Below are positions 24,026 to 36,679 of a stretch of DNA of 43,402 bases, piece after piece (within the stretch, counting starts at the first letter, position 1; each line of letters begins with the position of its first letter). Where the stretch lies: NCBI GenBank assembly GCA_943704425.1, contig CALSCP010000157.1, positions 1 through 43,402 of the forward strand, read 5' to 3'. A program made the position numbers and the translations under genes. Source of the DNA: Ministeria vibrans ATCC 50519 (lineage: Eukaryota > Protista > Filasterea). Below the pieces are notes generated by a model. The model saw only the letters and a list, made by a program, of their open reading frames with translations. It was not told where the DNA came from and searched no databases.

Positions 24026-26192
24026 CGACCATGTTCATATTCCGGGGGCGAACACCTCTGTTTCACACAGTAAAAGTGAAACACTGACATATCTCTTCTT
24101 CATAGACAGACACACACACACACACATACGCAACAAGAATGTTGTAGTCATACCTCCCAGTCAATGCGCGTGAGCAGCAGGTGCTTGTACTTCTTGAGCT
24201 GCTTCGGCCCTCCCTCGACCACAATGACATTCACATCTCCATGCAGAATCACACACCCCGTCAAATTTAGCTGCTCTGCGTTCTTGTCCACTTTAAACTT
24301 CTTTTGTGCGTTGCTCAGATCAAGAACTCTACATTACAATATTATTTAAAAAGAGAGTGAGATACAGTCACAGCAGGAACAATCGCCTCTCTCTCTCTCT
24401 CTCTCTCTGTATGCTCTGTCTTACCGGTAAATTGCGACATGAACCATAAGTGATGTATCTTCCGTGAGCTTGCGTCGTGCTTTGGCTTTGCGCTCCTCGT
24501 CCGTCAGTTTCCGGTCCGCATTGGCTACAATTCAAAAAAAAAATCAACGATATAATGACACACAAGCACACTACACTGTAAGAGAGTATCATGGCCTACC
24601 CTGTTCGTGTTTCCTGAGGCGCTCGGCCATTTGATTGCGAACAGAAAGCTCAATAGACGTGGGGTCCATGACCGCCTCCTTGCCCTTGGCCGACATCATG
24701 TTGCGCAGCGTCAGACGGTCAGATGGCGCAATCTCATACCCAAACTGCACTCGCTCTTGCTCCTCCTTTAGGCGCTCTTGTCGTCGCTGCTTCCTCAATC
24801 TACATACAAAAGATGTGTTGTATGTGTGTGTGTGAATAGGGTGAGGGTGCCTTCACACACGAGATGCATATGTACTTTTTGGTCTCCTTGGCCGTGAGAA
24901 ATAGGGGCATCTGCGGGACAGTCGTAGGCTGGCCGGCCGGTGCGACCTGCACAGGATGCTCAATAAGATGCGTGATGCCGCGCAGGGTGAGTGGGTCGAC
25001 GGGCCCTGCACTGTATCCCTCGGTACCCTCCGGGAGCACTGCCAGGTCCCACCACTCCATGTCGGGCACCTTTTCGTCCTCGTCGACAGCTCGCTCGGGT
25101 GCCAGCAGCGCCAGACGCGTTGCCGCGCTCACGTTGGATGTTTTCGCTGCTTGCGCAATTTTGGCTTGTAGCGCTTCAAGTTGGGCGCGTGTGCGTTGCA
25201 TCTGTGCCTGTTGCTCAAACTTGCCCTTCTCGTGAAACTGAAAGGCGCGCTTAGCTCGTCGTGCGCCGCCCCCCTGTGCCCCCTGCAGCTTGTGGTCAAA
25301 GTAAGGGTTGTCGGGCTGCATGGCTGTCTCTGCCGGGTCTGCCATAGCCATTTTGGTGGCTCGCTGTGCGCGCAGATTGGCTTGCAGCTCGGGTTTGCGC
25401 TGAGGCATGGCAGCCTCGGCGGCCGCCTTGGCCGTGGCCGCGTCAGGTGCCGACGACAAAGACGCCAGTTGCGCTACCAGTCGCTCTTGCCCTTGCCGGT
25501 CCTGGGTGCTTCGCTGGCCCGCAAGCATTGCTGTCGGGATCACTTGCGGAGCAACCACCGGCTGGGTCTCTTCGCGCTGTTTCCGAGCGCGCTCCTCGAG
25601 CATGCGCTTCGCATTGGCCACCATGGCCTTGACTGCGTCCTTGTCCACTCCAGCACCAGCGGGCACAGCAAGCGCCGGTGGGGGCGCGGCCGTGGTCGCT
25701 GCAGCAAGTGAAGGTGCAGCTGGGGCCGCGTCGAAACGGGATCGCTTTGCGGGCTGAGAAGAGAGGAGAAAAAGAGCGAAACGAGTGAGCGACGATCGAT
25801 GGCTGAAATATTATTATTAAAAAAGACCATCGCATACCCGTTCGCTGAGGATAGCAGCAGAATCGGCTGGTCGCTTCGGTGCGTCGAACTGTCTGAGAGC
25901 AATTGAGGACTGCGGAAGATAAAGAGAGAAGAGAGAGAGAAGAGAAAGGGGTTTGAAAAAGGAGCGACACTCTCCCTTTGCGTACCATAATCAGTCGCTT
26001 CTCTCGCATCAGTGCACTGACAAACGCAGAGGTTTTGTCTTTGAGGAGGGGCCGCAGACGCTCGGCTGCCTTCTCCGCCGTGCTGCCGTTCTGCAGAAGC
26101 TGCAGGCAGACGCGCGCAACGGCCGGCGGGGCCTGCTGCGTCGCCAGGAAGGGAGCCAACGCCTGCTGGATCTCTTCAACGGGGACGTCCAT
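23540..26192 (-). CDS. PRPF3: U4/U6 snRNP protein Prp3 with N-terminal PWI-like domain
   Basis: [86 protein letters not shown]; TAA ending 23540. Confidence 0.95.
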
Positions 26193-26400
26193 GGCAGATC
26201 AAGATCACACTGGCCGCTACCTCGCTTGATTAATGAGAAACTTCAATGATCAGTAAAATAAAAATTTCAAGTTCCAATCTTTTCGTGACTTTTGACTTTT
26301 CCTCTATTAGTAATTAGTTTGTTATTACCTCTTGTTGCCCCCACGTTACGCTCGGGTGTAACTTGTAATAATACGTGATCATCGGCCTTGGTCCAATTCA

Positions 26401-26631
26401 ATGCGCAGGTCTGTGCAATTGTGTCCTGTGTGTCTGTCTGTCTCGATTTGACTCCTCCTCCTCCTCTGCCCCTCCTCCTCGCCTCTCTCGCACAGCTTCC
26501 GTGTAGGCGCCCTCTCGTTTGTGTTTGCAGTGGCCGTGGGCTCGGTCGGTGGCATGTATGTGTTTGACGAGGCTCTCCGTGCCCGATTCCAGCCGCTCTC
26601 TCGCCGCGAGCCAGAGCCGGACGCCGAGTAG
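26401..26631 (+). CDS. 47-aa single-pass microprotein, PIGBOS1-like, 2 exons
   Basis: Exons 26401-26408 and 26496-26631 (87-nt GT-AG intron with strong pyrimidine tract) give MRSFRVGALSFVFAVAVGSVGGMYVFDEALRARFQPLSRREPEPDAE; FAVAVGSVGGMYVF resembles PIGBOS1 FATVLGIAGGVYIF. Confidence 0.75.
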
Positions 26632-26712
26632 CCCCCGCATGCCCATGCATGCATCCTTGGACTCAACCGCAGATAGATTGTAATAATAAATACTTATTGC
26701 TACTGTACAATG

Positions 26713-28648
26713 TTACACCGACTGATGTTGCTGTTGCTGTTGCTGTTGCATCACCTGAAACTCAGCGACGAGTCGCGCCAGCTGATCGCTTTCTCTGGCC
26801 AACTCGACATTTGCATTCCTCGACTCGTCTGTAGCTGGCAATCGACGGGGTGCACTCCGGCCACCACCACTGCTGCTGCTGCGTCCATGCCTTGCCCCTT
26901 GACGTGCTTTCCCCTCTTGCGTTAGACCTTGCGGCGGTGGTTCGCTCGCCTCGGGCACTCGCACCCGCAGCGTAGCCAACAACAAATCGCGCTCGCGCTC
27001 CAGCTCAACCAGACGACGTTCGTTCTCGTTGCATCGCTTCTCAAGAGCCCCTCGCGCCGCATCATTCTTCTCCGTAAGATGGCGTACCATCTCAGCGTGG
27101 TTGCGTTGCGCCTCCTCCAACCGCACAATGGCGACAGCCCGCTCGCGCTGCGCCCCGTCCGCCTCCATCTGCAACTGCACCTGCTGCGCCCGTAGCTCGG
27201 TCAGGGTCGCATCGCGTGCCGCCAGCTTCTCCGTTGTTTCCTCGCGCAGCGTACGTTCACTCGATTCCCACTTGGCTCGCTCCAGGACAAAACGCTCCTG
27301 AATGGCGCGCAACTGCGCTCGCACTGCCACACAGTCGCGCTGCATCTCCTCCACTCGCGCGTCCCGTTGCGCCACACTCTGTCGCATGTGCACCACACGA
27401 TTGCGACAATGTGCCACCGCTCGCTGCAACAACCCCACTACATCTTCGTCGTCCTTGTGCCGCACCAGCCCCGGCTGCAACAGCGCATCCGCAATGCGAC
27501 TCCCCGCGTCCACTGCGTCCCCTCCACCATCCACCTCACGCCACGCCCCCTCCGACGCCTGTGCCTCAGCACTTTCCAATGGCAACGCCGCAACAAGGCG
27601 TCGTAAAGATGCAAGCTCTTGCGCCACGTCCGCCTGACGGTCTGTCCACAGCGAATGCACAAGACGCACACGCGCGTCCGCCGTGGCAACTCGTCGCGAC
27701 GCAGCACCACACGCATCCGCAACCTGCGCAAACAGGTGTGCCACGGTCTGTTTGTGTCCGCTGACCATATCTTGTAGAGCACGAGCATTTGCTAGGGCTG
27801 TCAAGCGCCACTGTGTCGCCTGTGAGTCCGCCTCGCGTGCCTGCTCCCGTTCACTTCGGAGTGCCTCGCCTATGCGAGCCTGCTCGGTCTCAGCCAACTC
27901 CGCACGTGCCTGCAAATCCGTCACCTGGACTCCTCGTGCTCGCGACACTCCCTGTTCGTACGCAACGTCTCGACGGGCCGCACGGAGTTCGCCCGCAAGC
28001 ACTCGATTGGCCGTCTCAAGCTCATGCACTTCGCAACGACGCTTCACAATGAGCTCGTACGCCTTGGCACGCCACTGCTCCCCCAGCGTTCGCTCACCTA
28101 TCGGCTGTCGCACGTCTGCATGATGCAATAGCTCCTGAAGCGCGCTCACTCGGATGCGCAGCAGTTCGCAGGTGCGCTCCAGTTGTTCTCGAGTGCCTGT
28201 TTCGAAAATAATGAGACGTGTCTTATTTTTTGAATATTTTCAATGCACATCTCGCCATACCGCGGTCGTCAATCGATGGCGCATAGCTGCCACATGATAC
28301 CTGTGACATGCTTTCGGTCAATGGACCCTCTGCAGTGGTCGTGGCAAGTCGCTGTTCGTCGTGGAGGCGTTGCAAGCGATTCGACTCGTTCCGTAAGATG
28401 CCATCGACAAAAGCACTTCCAACGACGCCAACCTCGGACGAGACGGGCGATAGCGATAAAGGATCATCCTGCGTGGTGTCCAATGGCAGAGTGACCCCGG
28501 GATCGTACACACTTGGCTCTGAATATTCGTCGTCGGAACTCGGCCAGTGATCGTCCTCAAATAGCAGATTCGTCACGGATCTTCTCGCTTGCTGTTCCTC
28601 AACCGCCATTAGCTCACAATGTCCATCGTCGTCGCTCCGTTCGCTCAT
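26713..28648 (-). CDS. Coiled-coil protein, CCHCR1/HCR-like, 2 exons
   Basis: Intron 28197-28260; heptad-rich; TCELLRIRVSALQELL, QWRAKAYELIV and LVELERERDLLLATL resemble recalled conserved CCHCR1 blocks. Confidence 0.7.
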
Positions 28649-28845
28649 CGACAATTAATATTAATTATTAGAAATATATTTTTACTGTTTTTTAGTTTAT
28701 TTTCATTTGGTGAGTAGAGGTACGATATTGCCGCTGTGCCATCGTGAACATGCATTAATGTAAATTATTGTTAATTGGCACATTGTCAAAGCAAGCGACG
28801 TTGAGCGTGTGCGGCTTTTCACGCACAATTTTTCTTTCCGCGTCC

Positions 28846-28859
28846 GTCACCTTGACAAC
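28846..28859 (+). promoter_or_regulatory. Candidate RFX X-box
   Basis: GTCACCTTGACAAC fits the GTNNCCNTGNNAAC palindrome (10/14 identical to GTTGCCATGGCAAC); half site duplicated at 28861-28870. Confidence 0.45.
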
Positions 28860-28907
28860 CCCTTGACAACCGACGTTCTCTCGTGTATTGCGCTTAGGAC
28901 AGTCCAA

Positions 28908-31900
28908 ATGCTCAGTCAGTACACCGAGTCGGTGAGACGTACCACTATCGAGCGGGATGTGCGCGCTGTTGCCGAGTCAAACGTCGGACGTGAGGCGTCG
29001 TCTTCGAATTCTTCGACGGCGCAGCATCCAAGTCAATCAAGTGATGCCACTGCAAAAGCACGTCTCGTCAAAGAGCTTGCCGACTTTGATCTGCAACGCG
29101 CTTTGCCTTGTGCGCCGCCCCACCCTGCAGCAGCCGTCACAAAAGTCCCCAAGGTGAACAACGAACGAAGGGACCACATTCGATAGTTTTAACTAACACC
29201 CTCTTCTTATATTAAGATGCCATTATTGGCGTCGTGCGAACGTCACGTCACCAACACTGTCAAGCACCGTCTGACCATTGATGTGCCCCCTCAAGTGGCG
29301 CCTGTTGTCAACGTGGACGACGCCAGTGGCGACGAACAGGCAAAGGACGACTCGAAGGCTCTCTCGGAAGATGCCCTCGCTCTGACACTGCTTGACTTTT
29401 ACACCCAACGCGTCCACGACCTTGCAACACAGCTTGAGATGTTGCAGGAGCGTTGGGCACGCTACTGCAACGATGGAGACATGGCAAAGCGACTGGGAGA
29501 CGCCTATCACGAACGATGTGCCATGCTTGTGGACGAAGCCGAGGACGCCATGGCGCGTCGCGACCGCCTCTTCCACGTGGCTCAGTGCCAGGCGGCACGT
29601 CTCACGGGTGACGATCGTCAAGTGCTTCACGAAAGACTCTCGCAGTGGATTGTGCACGAGGGCAACGATGTAACGCGTCTCGTTGAGTGCGCCAGCGACG
29701 CAAGCAGCAGCAGCAGCAGCAGCAGCAGCGCACGCGTGCTCCCCGACGATATTGCTCTGTACGTGCGTCACATCATTTATTGCAATGCGACCGAGCGTCA
29801 CATACGCAATTTCTTCCGTCTCTTTGACACTGCGGCGCTCACTCACGGCATCTCGCTTGCGCCTCGTGAGTCTTCAGATGCCGTCTACGGCACCGAAGAA
29901 GACAAACTGGGCGCCCTGGGCGGCATGAGTAGCCGCAATGGCAACAGTCACTTTGCTGCCTACGGTTATGCCTCCTCATCCATCAGTGGTGTCTCCTCGC
30001 TCCATTCACGTGCCTCATGGAACCCTTCGTCACGTGCCTCACACCAGTACGGTAACTCCAGCACACGCAAGGGGGCCGCATCCAAACTGGGCGCGGGCTC
30101 GCGCATGAAGTCGACCTCTCCTCTCGTGCACAAGAACCTGGGCGATGCACCCGCCAAGATGGATCCGGTGCTCTGCAACTTGCAAAGTGACGTCGCGGCA
30201 ATGCTTGTGGGCTTTGGAATCGAGGTGGAGCCGCTGGACGAGCGCCAGTCGCAGCTACCAATGCACACCGAGTTTGGTCACTATGCCTCGCAGCTGCTGG
30301 ATGACCATTGTAAATCGTCCATGCCCGACTCTATTGTGGGCGTTACAGTGCCGTCAGCTCAATGGATGGCCACTGTGACCGTGCGTGCGCGCCAGAGTGC
30401 CGCTGTGCTGGCCCAGACAGACGCCCTCGCGCGCTTCTCATCGTCGGCCATTGACGAGACGCTGCGGCTACACGCGTCGCTCTTGGACCTGACTGACGCA
30501 GATGCAGTGCGACTGCGCCTGCGTGACGCCACCGAATCGTTTCTTGCAAACATCCTTGACGGAGAGCAGCAGCAGAGAGAGCAGGAGAAGAAGAGACGGC
30601 ACGGTCGTAAGAGCGCGGGAAATGCGACCGGTACCGCTGAGGCGCAGAGTGATGACTCAGACGACGACGATCCCATTCGCGCATCCCACCAAGCTCTCCT
30701 TTCCCATCTTGCAGCTGGCGCCGGCTCCTCCGTTGTTGCCCGCAAGTTAAGTTCTGGCGTATCAAACGCAGCACCGTCGAGCGGTGGTACACACACGCCT
30801 CGTGCCCAGCTGATGCTTGCGCGTGCTCATCTGCGCTACATCGAGACGCGTGCTCATCAGCAGCTCTGTCGCGACACACTCAACTACTTTGAATCGGTGC
30901 GTCGAACCGTCGCTGCAACGTCGACACCACTGTTCACTGCTGACCGTAGGCCAGCTGAAGAAAGTCAGTCGCGGCGCGCAGACTTCCATCGGTGGGACAC
31001 GACTGCAAAGCGGCTGCTTGTGTTGGATGGGTCCACTGGCGAGTCAATTGTGCACCAGAGTGCTCTCGACGAATACCGTCGGCTTACTCACGAGCTCCTC
31101 TCCGTCGCCTCGTGGTATCTTCACGAGCGGTGCACGCGCGAGCCCAAGACTGTGCACGATCGTGCCGAGGTGCTCCATCGCTTGTGGCGCAGCGAATCAG
31201 AATTCCTCACGGCCAAGCGACGTCTTGTTGATGTCTACTTGAGCGCGCACGAGCACATTTCGCAGGGCCCGCAACGCGTCGAGCTCACCCAGTGTATTGT
31301 CAACGCACTCGACCGACGCCCTCGTCTCGATCTCGCCTCCGACGACTTTGTACCGTCGTACGAGAGTGAGACGCGCGCGCTGGCACTCCACCGCGAGCTC
31401 GCCTCGTTGCTCTACACACGTCTTGTCGCCGAGAGTCGTGCCTTTCTCGTGCGCACCCATGCCAGCCCCTCAAGCACTTTTAGTCTCACAACAACGGGCG
31501 ACGCCGAGCAGTCGGTCCGCTCGGCAGACCTCACAGAGCTGTCGTACACTCCCACGGCAGAGCAGGTGCGCAACTCGGTGGGCATGGGCTGTCCGCCAGC
31601 CATTGTGCGTGTCTGTCGCATCACTCAGCGTCCCCACGCGGAACATCTCGACAGACCCGATCACTTGGACCACATTGTCGACGAGCACACCGCTTTGCCT
31701 CTGCCCGAGCCATTCTTGCTGGAGTTTTCTGCGACACTCGGCCTCCTGGCACAGCTCGACACTCAGCTGCAGCTGTGTTTTGACAGGTTTCTCACGTGGG
31801 AACATGTTCAAACGGCTGCTGCTGCTGCGGCTGCTGTTTCAGCAGCGACAACATCAGCCGAAGCTCAAGTGGCGCATCCACATTCGATTCGCACCGTTGT

Positions 31901-34900
31901 AGATGAACTGCGTCTCGAACTCAATGTACTCCAGCGACTCCTAGATATGTGGAGTGCTCACTCGATGGCCGATACAACGCAACTTCCGACTGCCACAACG
32001 GCTCTCGCGCTCACCCAGCTTGACACAACAGCCACGACCAGCGTGTCGCAGGCTCGCGAGTTGCTTTCCACTGTGTGTGTCGATGATCCTGTCGTCGCGC
32101 TTGCCGCGGTGACACCGGCACACGACGTTGCATCCCTTGTACGACTTGTGGATGCGCTCGTGCAGCGCGAACTTCTCGCCGGCGCCATGTTTGAATCGTC
32201 ACTTCTTGCGTCGCTGTATCAGTTGCAGGCAAGTGCGACACTGTGCTGCGATGATGCAGTGCCACTAGCACTGTATGCGGAGACCCTCGACACATCCAAG
32301 GGCTACGACCACGACGATGATGATGCCGGCTCTGTGTCGACAAGTGCCGCCACGCAGTCGAGCTTGTCGTTTACCCCCACGTCGGCCGCTGCCTCGTCCT
32401 TTACGAGTCTGTCCGCGTGCGCAGCACTCGCCCTCAACGAGCTAGATCCATTTGTGGCGTGTGCCTTTCGCTTTGACGATCCTCATGAATTCCGCGAGCA
32501 CACTCTATCGACCAACGGCATCGCGTGTCTCCGCGCGGCCGCTCGTGTGCAGGTAGCCCAGGCACGACTATTGGCAAGTGTCACACGCGAAAACTGTATT
32601 CTTTGGGTTCGCATGCTCTCGTCTAATGTGAGCGATGCACGCCGCCTCTTTGTCTCGGCCGTACACCCGAAGCAGAGGGCGCGCGAGCGATCGTTGCGGC
32701 TTCACCTGACGGATTTTCGTCGAGCAAACTCGGGCGTTGGGAGCAGTGTCTCGTTGGTTCTTGCCACGCGCCTTACCTATGTACATTCGTATGCGCGTCA
32801 GGTACAGGCTTGCGCCACGAGCGAGGCGTCGCGTGTTCAAATCGAAATCAACAGCGTTCAGATGCGCCGCCTGCTCGCTCGCGCTACCAACGGCACCTCT
32901 GCCTGCTCGCGTGTGTTTGTGCTCAACCAACGATTCGACGAAACACATAAGGTAGTGCGTGCACATGACCCGTCCCCGGACAAAGCGAATGACGCGCGTG
33001 CCACCGCGCCTTTCTTTGATTTGTCCCTCATGTCACGCGACGGCACACGACTCGGCAACCCTTGGTTTGTGGTGCAGCCTGGTGATGCATGTCTGATGCT
33101 GCGCTCTCCGTCGGCCGTGCCACACGAACACAGTGCACTGCGAGCGGCCCTTGTGGCCACAACGGCCGTGCACGATCTCACCCTGTCCGCCCTTCTCAAT
33201 GCAGTGCTCGGCGAAGGCAGCCTGCGTCAGAGGAGGGTGTGGCACGCGGACGTCGAGTACGCCCATGCCACCGACGATGTCACCGAGAGCTGTTTTGCGA
33301 CTCTCCAGCGAGCCCGCGACCAGTTTGCAACTGTTGCCGGCGACGCCTCGTTGACCCTCGAGCAACTGCTGGAGACACTCAACGACATGCGTTGTGCCGC
33401 TCTCATGCGTGACCAACTTGTCTTTGCGCACCTTGTGCCTCACACATTTGCGACCTTTTTTGGGCCAAGCAGCCGCAGTGGTAGAGGCCACAGCACTTAT
33501 AGCTATAGAGCGACAGGTACTGCAACAAAGCCATCGCTCAAGGAGACTCCCGCGTCGACGTCATCCACGGATTCCGGGACGGTGTCACCATCGAAAGGCG
33601 CCTCCTCCTCCTCCTCCAGCGATCATTATTCCAACATTCGCGGGTGGCAGCGAAGCCAAGGTGAGCACATCAATGTGCACTGGCGACAGCAGTTTCCTCG
33701 AGAATACAGTCGACGCTCGGCGACGGCCGCGATCGACGGATCCATAACAAGTGTGCCCTTTGCCAACGTGGTGGCCATTCAGCGGGATGTTCGGGCGAGC
33801 ATTGTGGGGTTGACTGACATTGAGCGTAACTATGTGCACGGAGAAGTGCTCGGCGTGCGACTCATGCTTGAGGAGGTACTCATTGACGAAGCAATTGACG
33901 AGTACGCGACGCCTCGCGAGGCTGCGCGTGTTCAAGTAGCCTTTTTGCGCGACGCACTGTCGCTCGAGCGCGCCAAAGAACAATGGGCCGAGGCAGTGTT
34001 GAAGCAGCGCGATGTGTATGCAACCGAGACGCACGCGAGTTTCGTTGCAGCGTACAATACTCTATTGACCTCGACTGTGGCTCCGAATGTGGCTCCGACG
34101 ACACACGCAAGTGCTGTTCATGTGTCGCGCGAGTGGACAGCACGCCAACAACAGGTGGCGCTGGTGCACAATCAGCTTGTCGTGGCTGCGTACGGTGCCC
34201 TCCGACGGTTTGTAGCACAGGCAATGCACACACTGGTGCGCGAGCGAGCGCTAATGGCGACCAACCTTGAGCTTGCAGCTGAATCCACAAGCGGCTCATT
34301 TGAGCACTATCCCACGACGACGGATGGCGATAGTGTTGATCGGACTCATACCGAGCTGGTGCAGACGTTCCTGTTGCGGTTGTTTGCCGGGGCGCAGGAA
34401 GAGCAAGAGGGAAAGAAGCAGCTTAAGTGCAGTACGACGGGGGCCGCGACAGGCTCGAGCGGCGCAACGGTGACGTTTGCGCGTGACCATGTGAATGACT
34501 GTGTGTTGGATTTGGGGGCGGCGGTGGCGCGTTTGAACGAGACACATCGGCGCGAGCAAGAGGGGGTGTGGCGGGAGCGGGTGACACACTTGGAGCGACT
34601 GGTGGAGGCACGTGAGAGGAACGTGACTCAGCTGAGAGCGGTGTTGGAGGAAGAGCGCATACAACGCACACATCTGATGCGGAGCGAAGGATTGGCGCGC
34701 GCGCGTGAGCTCATGCGGGAGATCGCAGTGCTGCGACATCGCACGGAAGAACGCGAGCGACTGTGGGAGACGGAGCGAGCGCAAGTGAGACGGGCGGTGC
34801 GTCTCGAGTACGAACAGCTGGTGCGGTCCATGGCTGCGGTTACGGTGACGTACAAGAGTCGCCTGGCAGAATTTCGCACGTCGCTTTATCATGACGTGGT

Positions 34901-36008
34901 GGAGGCACTGAGTGAGACACGCGAGGAGGTACTTCAGGAGATTGTGACGCTGGCCATGGTCGAGGAGGACGGCGGAGTGCCCGAGGCGAAGCGAGCGTTA
35001 CAACGCAAGATTGCCGAGCGGCACGGTGAGATCAGCACACAAGAGCTGCTGACCAAGGAGGCGATGGAGTTGACGGCGTCACTTTGGTCGCTCATGGTAA
35101 AGAAGAAGGTGATGAACGAGTTCAAGAGCATGGCCATGACGACGCGCTACTCAAAGCGCACAACAAGTGCCGTGGACGACCTGACCGGCTGTCAGCGTGA
35201 CCTGTGGGAGGAGGAGACGCGCGGACGGAGCGAGCGGGTAGCGCAGCAAGACCAAACGGCGAGTCTGGCGTGGCGCATCCGTGAGCTTGAAGACCAGGTG
35301 GGTAAGCTGGAACGGTCGTTGGAGGGGGAGCAGCGCGAGCGACTGGCGCTTATGGCGTGGAAGGAAACGCACGTGAAAGAACGGGAACGCCTCGAGGAGC
35401 GCCTTGCCACCTACTCGGCCATTGAGCACTACGATGTGGATGAATTGTTGGCTGAGCTCAACGAGAAGCGTGGTGCAGTGGTGGAGCTCACGGAGGCAAC
35501 GAGCCGCGCGGAGCACGAGGCGCGACTGTTGCGTCACGAGAAGCAACAATCAGTGCGAACGTTGGAGCGTCAATTGCGACGCGAGTCGAGTCTGAAGCAA
35601 CGTGCCTTTGAAACCATTGATGTGTTGCACGAGCAACAGCAGGAAGTTCAACAGGTCGAGACAGACGGCTACAGCATGGTTGGTGCGCGACGAGCGTCGC
35701 GTGGTAGTACACTAGTGGACTTTGATGAGTTGCATTCAAGTGAGGAGCGTGCCGCACAAGCTCGACTGAAGTATGTGAAGCAGCAGTTGGCAGCGGCAAC
35801 GTCGCGTGGCACACTTGTCAATCAGAGTGCACAACGAGTGCTCGCCTCCACCCAGCCTCGATCTGTCGTGGTGCGTCGCGGCTCAGGCATGGACAATCCC
35901 CTACCCGATCTACCCGCGTCCCCCTCGGCGGTCACTGCCGACTCGCACTCGACAAGTGTTGCTTCGCCGCCTCCCTCAAGTTCGTTGCCGCCGATCCACC
36001 TGAAATGA
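28908..36008 (+). CDS. ~2,350-aa protein with C-terminal coiled coil, CCDC162/DUF4549-like
   Basis: Exon 28908-29153, intron 29154-29216, then a 6.8-kb exon; blocks LWRSESEFLTAKRRLVDVYLSAHEH...RRPRLDL and ESSLKQRAFETIDVL resemble recalled CCDC162-family sequences. CDS is certain, family call is tentative. Confidence 0.65.
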
Positions 36009-36268
36009 TTTGAATTATTAATACTTATTTTGACAATAATTATTATAATAATACGTATTATTAATATTATGTGCACAACAGCCAATATCCCTAGCAAACA
36101 GTTGTGTAACAGACTAACAGGCGAAAATCATAAGAAAGAAAACTTTCCATCACATGATAGGTTCGTGTGAAGTCGGTAGATGTGCGTCTCCCCGAAGTCT
36201 CCCCCTGAGCCCCATGCAGTCTCCACCAGGATAAAGAAGGGGGCCGATCACCTCACTACTCATTTGTC

Positions 36269-36325
36269 TGACTCACACTCAAGTGACTCAACTCGTCTCC
36301 GCTCTCTGCCTCCCTCTGAGTCAGC
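36269..36325. promoter_or_regulatory. Cluster of three AP-1/bZIP sites
   Basis: TGACTCA 36269-36275, TGACTCA 36284-36290, TGAGTCA(GC) 36317-36325, about 140-190 nt upstream of the ATG at 36460. Confidence 0.5.
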
Positions 36326-36459
36326 GACCCCCTGTCGTTGCTTGAAAGTAGTCAAAATGAATAGGATAATATAATATAACTAAAGACGTTATAAAGTATA
36401 AACTATTATTTAATTTACCTGGCTCAACAAAGCAGTAATCTCATTTTGGCGTGATCCTC

Positions 36460-36646
36460 ATGAGTGACGCCGAGCTGGAGCAGTGGCTCACGGCCATTGG
36501 AATGCAGCAGTATCTCCCTAACTTTGTGGAGAATGGCTATGATTTCTCAATGGTGCCGAGCCTCGAAAAGGACGACCTGACCGACATCGGCATCACCATG
36601 GTGGGCCACCGAAAGAAGATCCTCATGGCTGGTACGTACAACGGCG

Positions 36647-36679
<33 letters not shown>

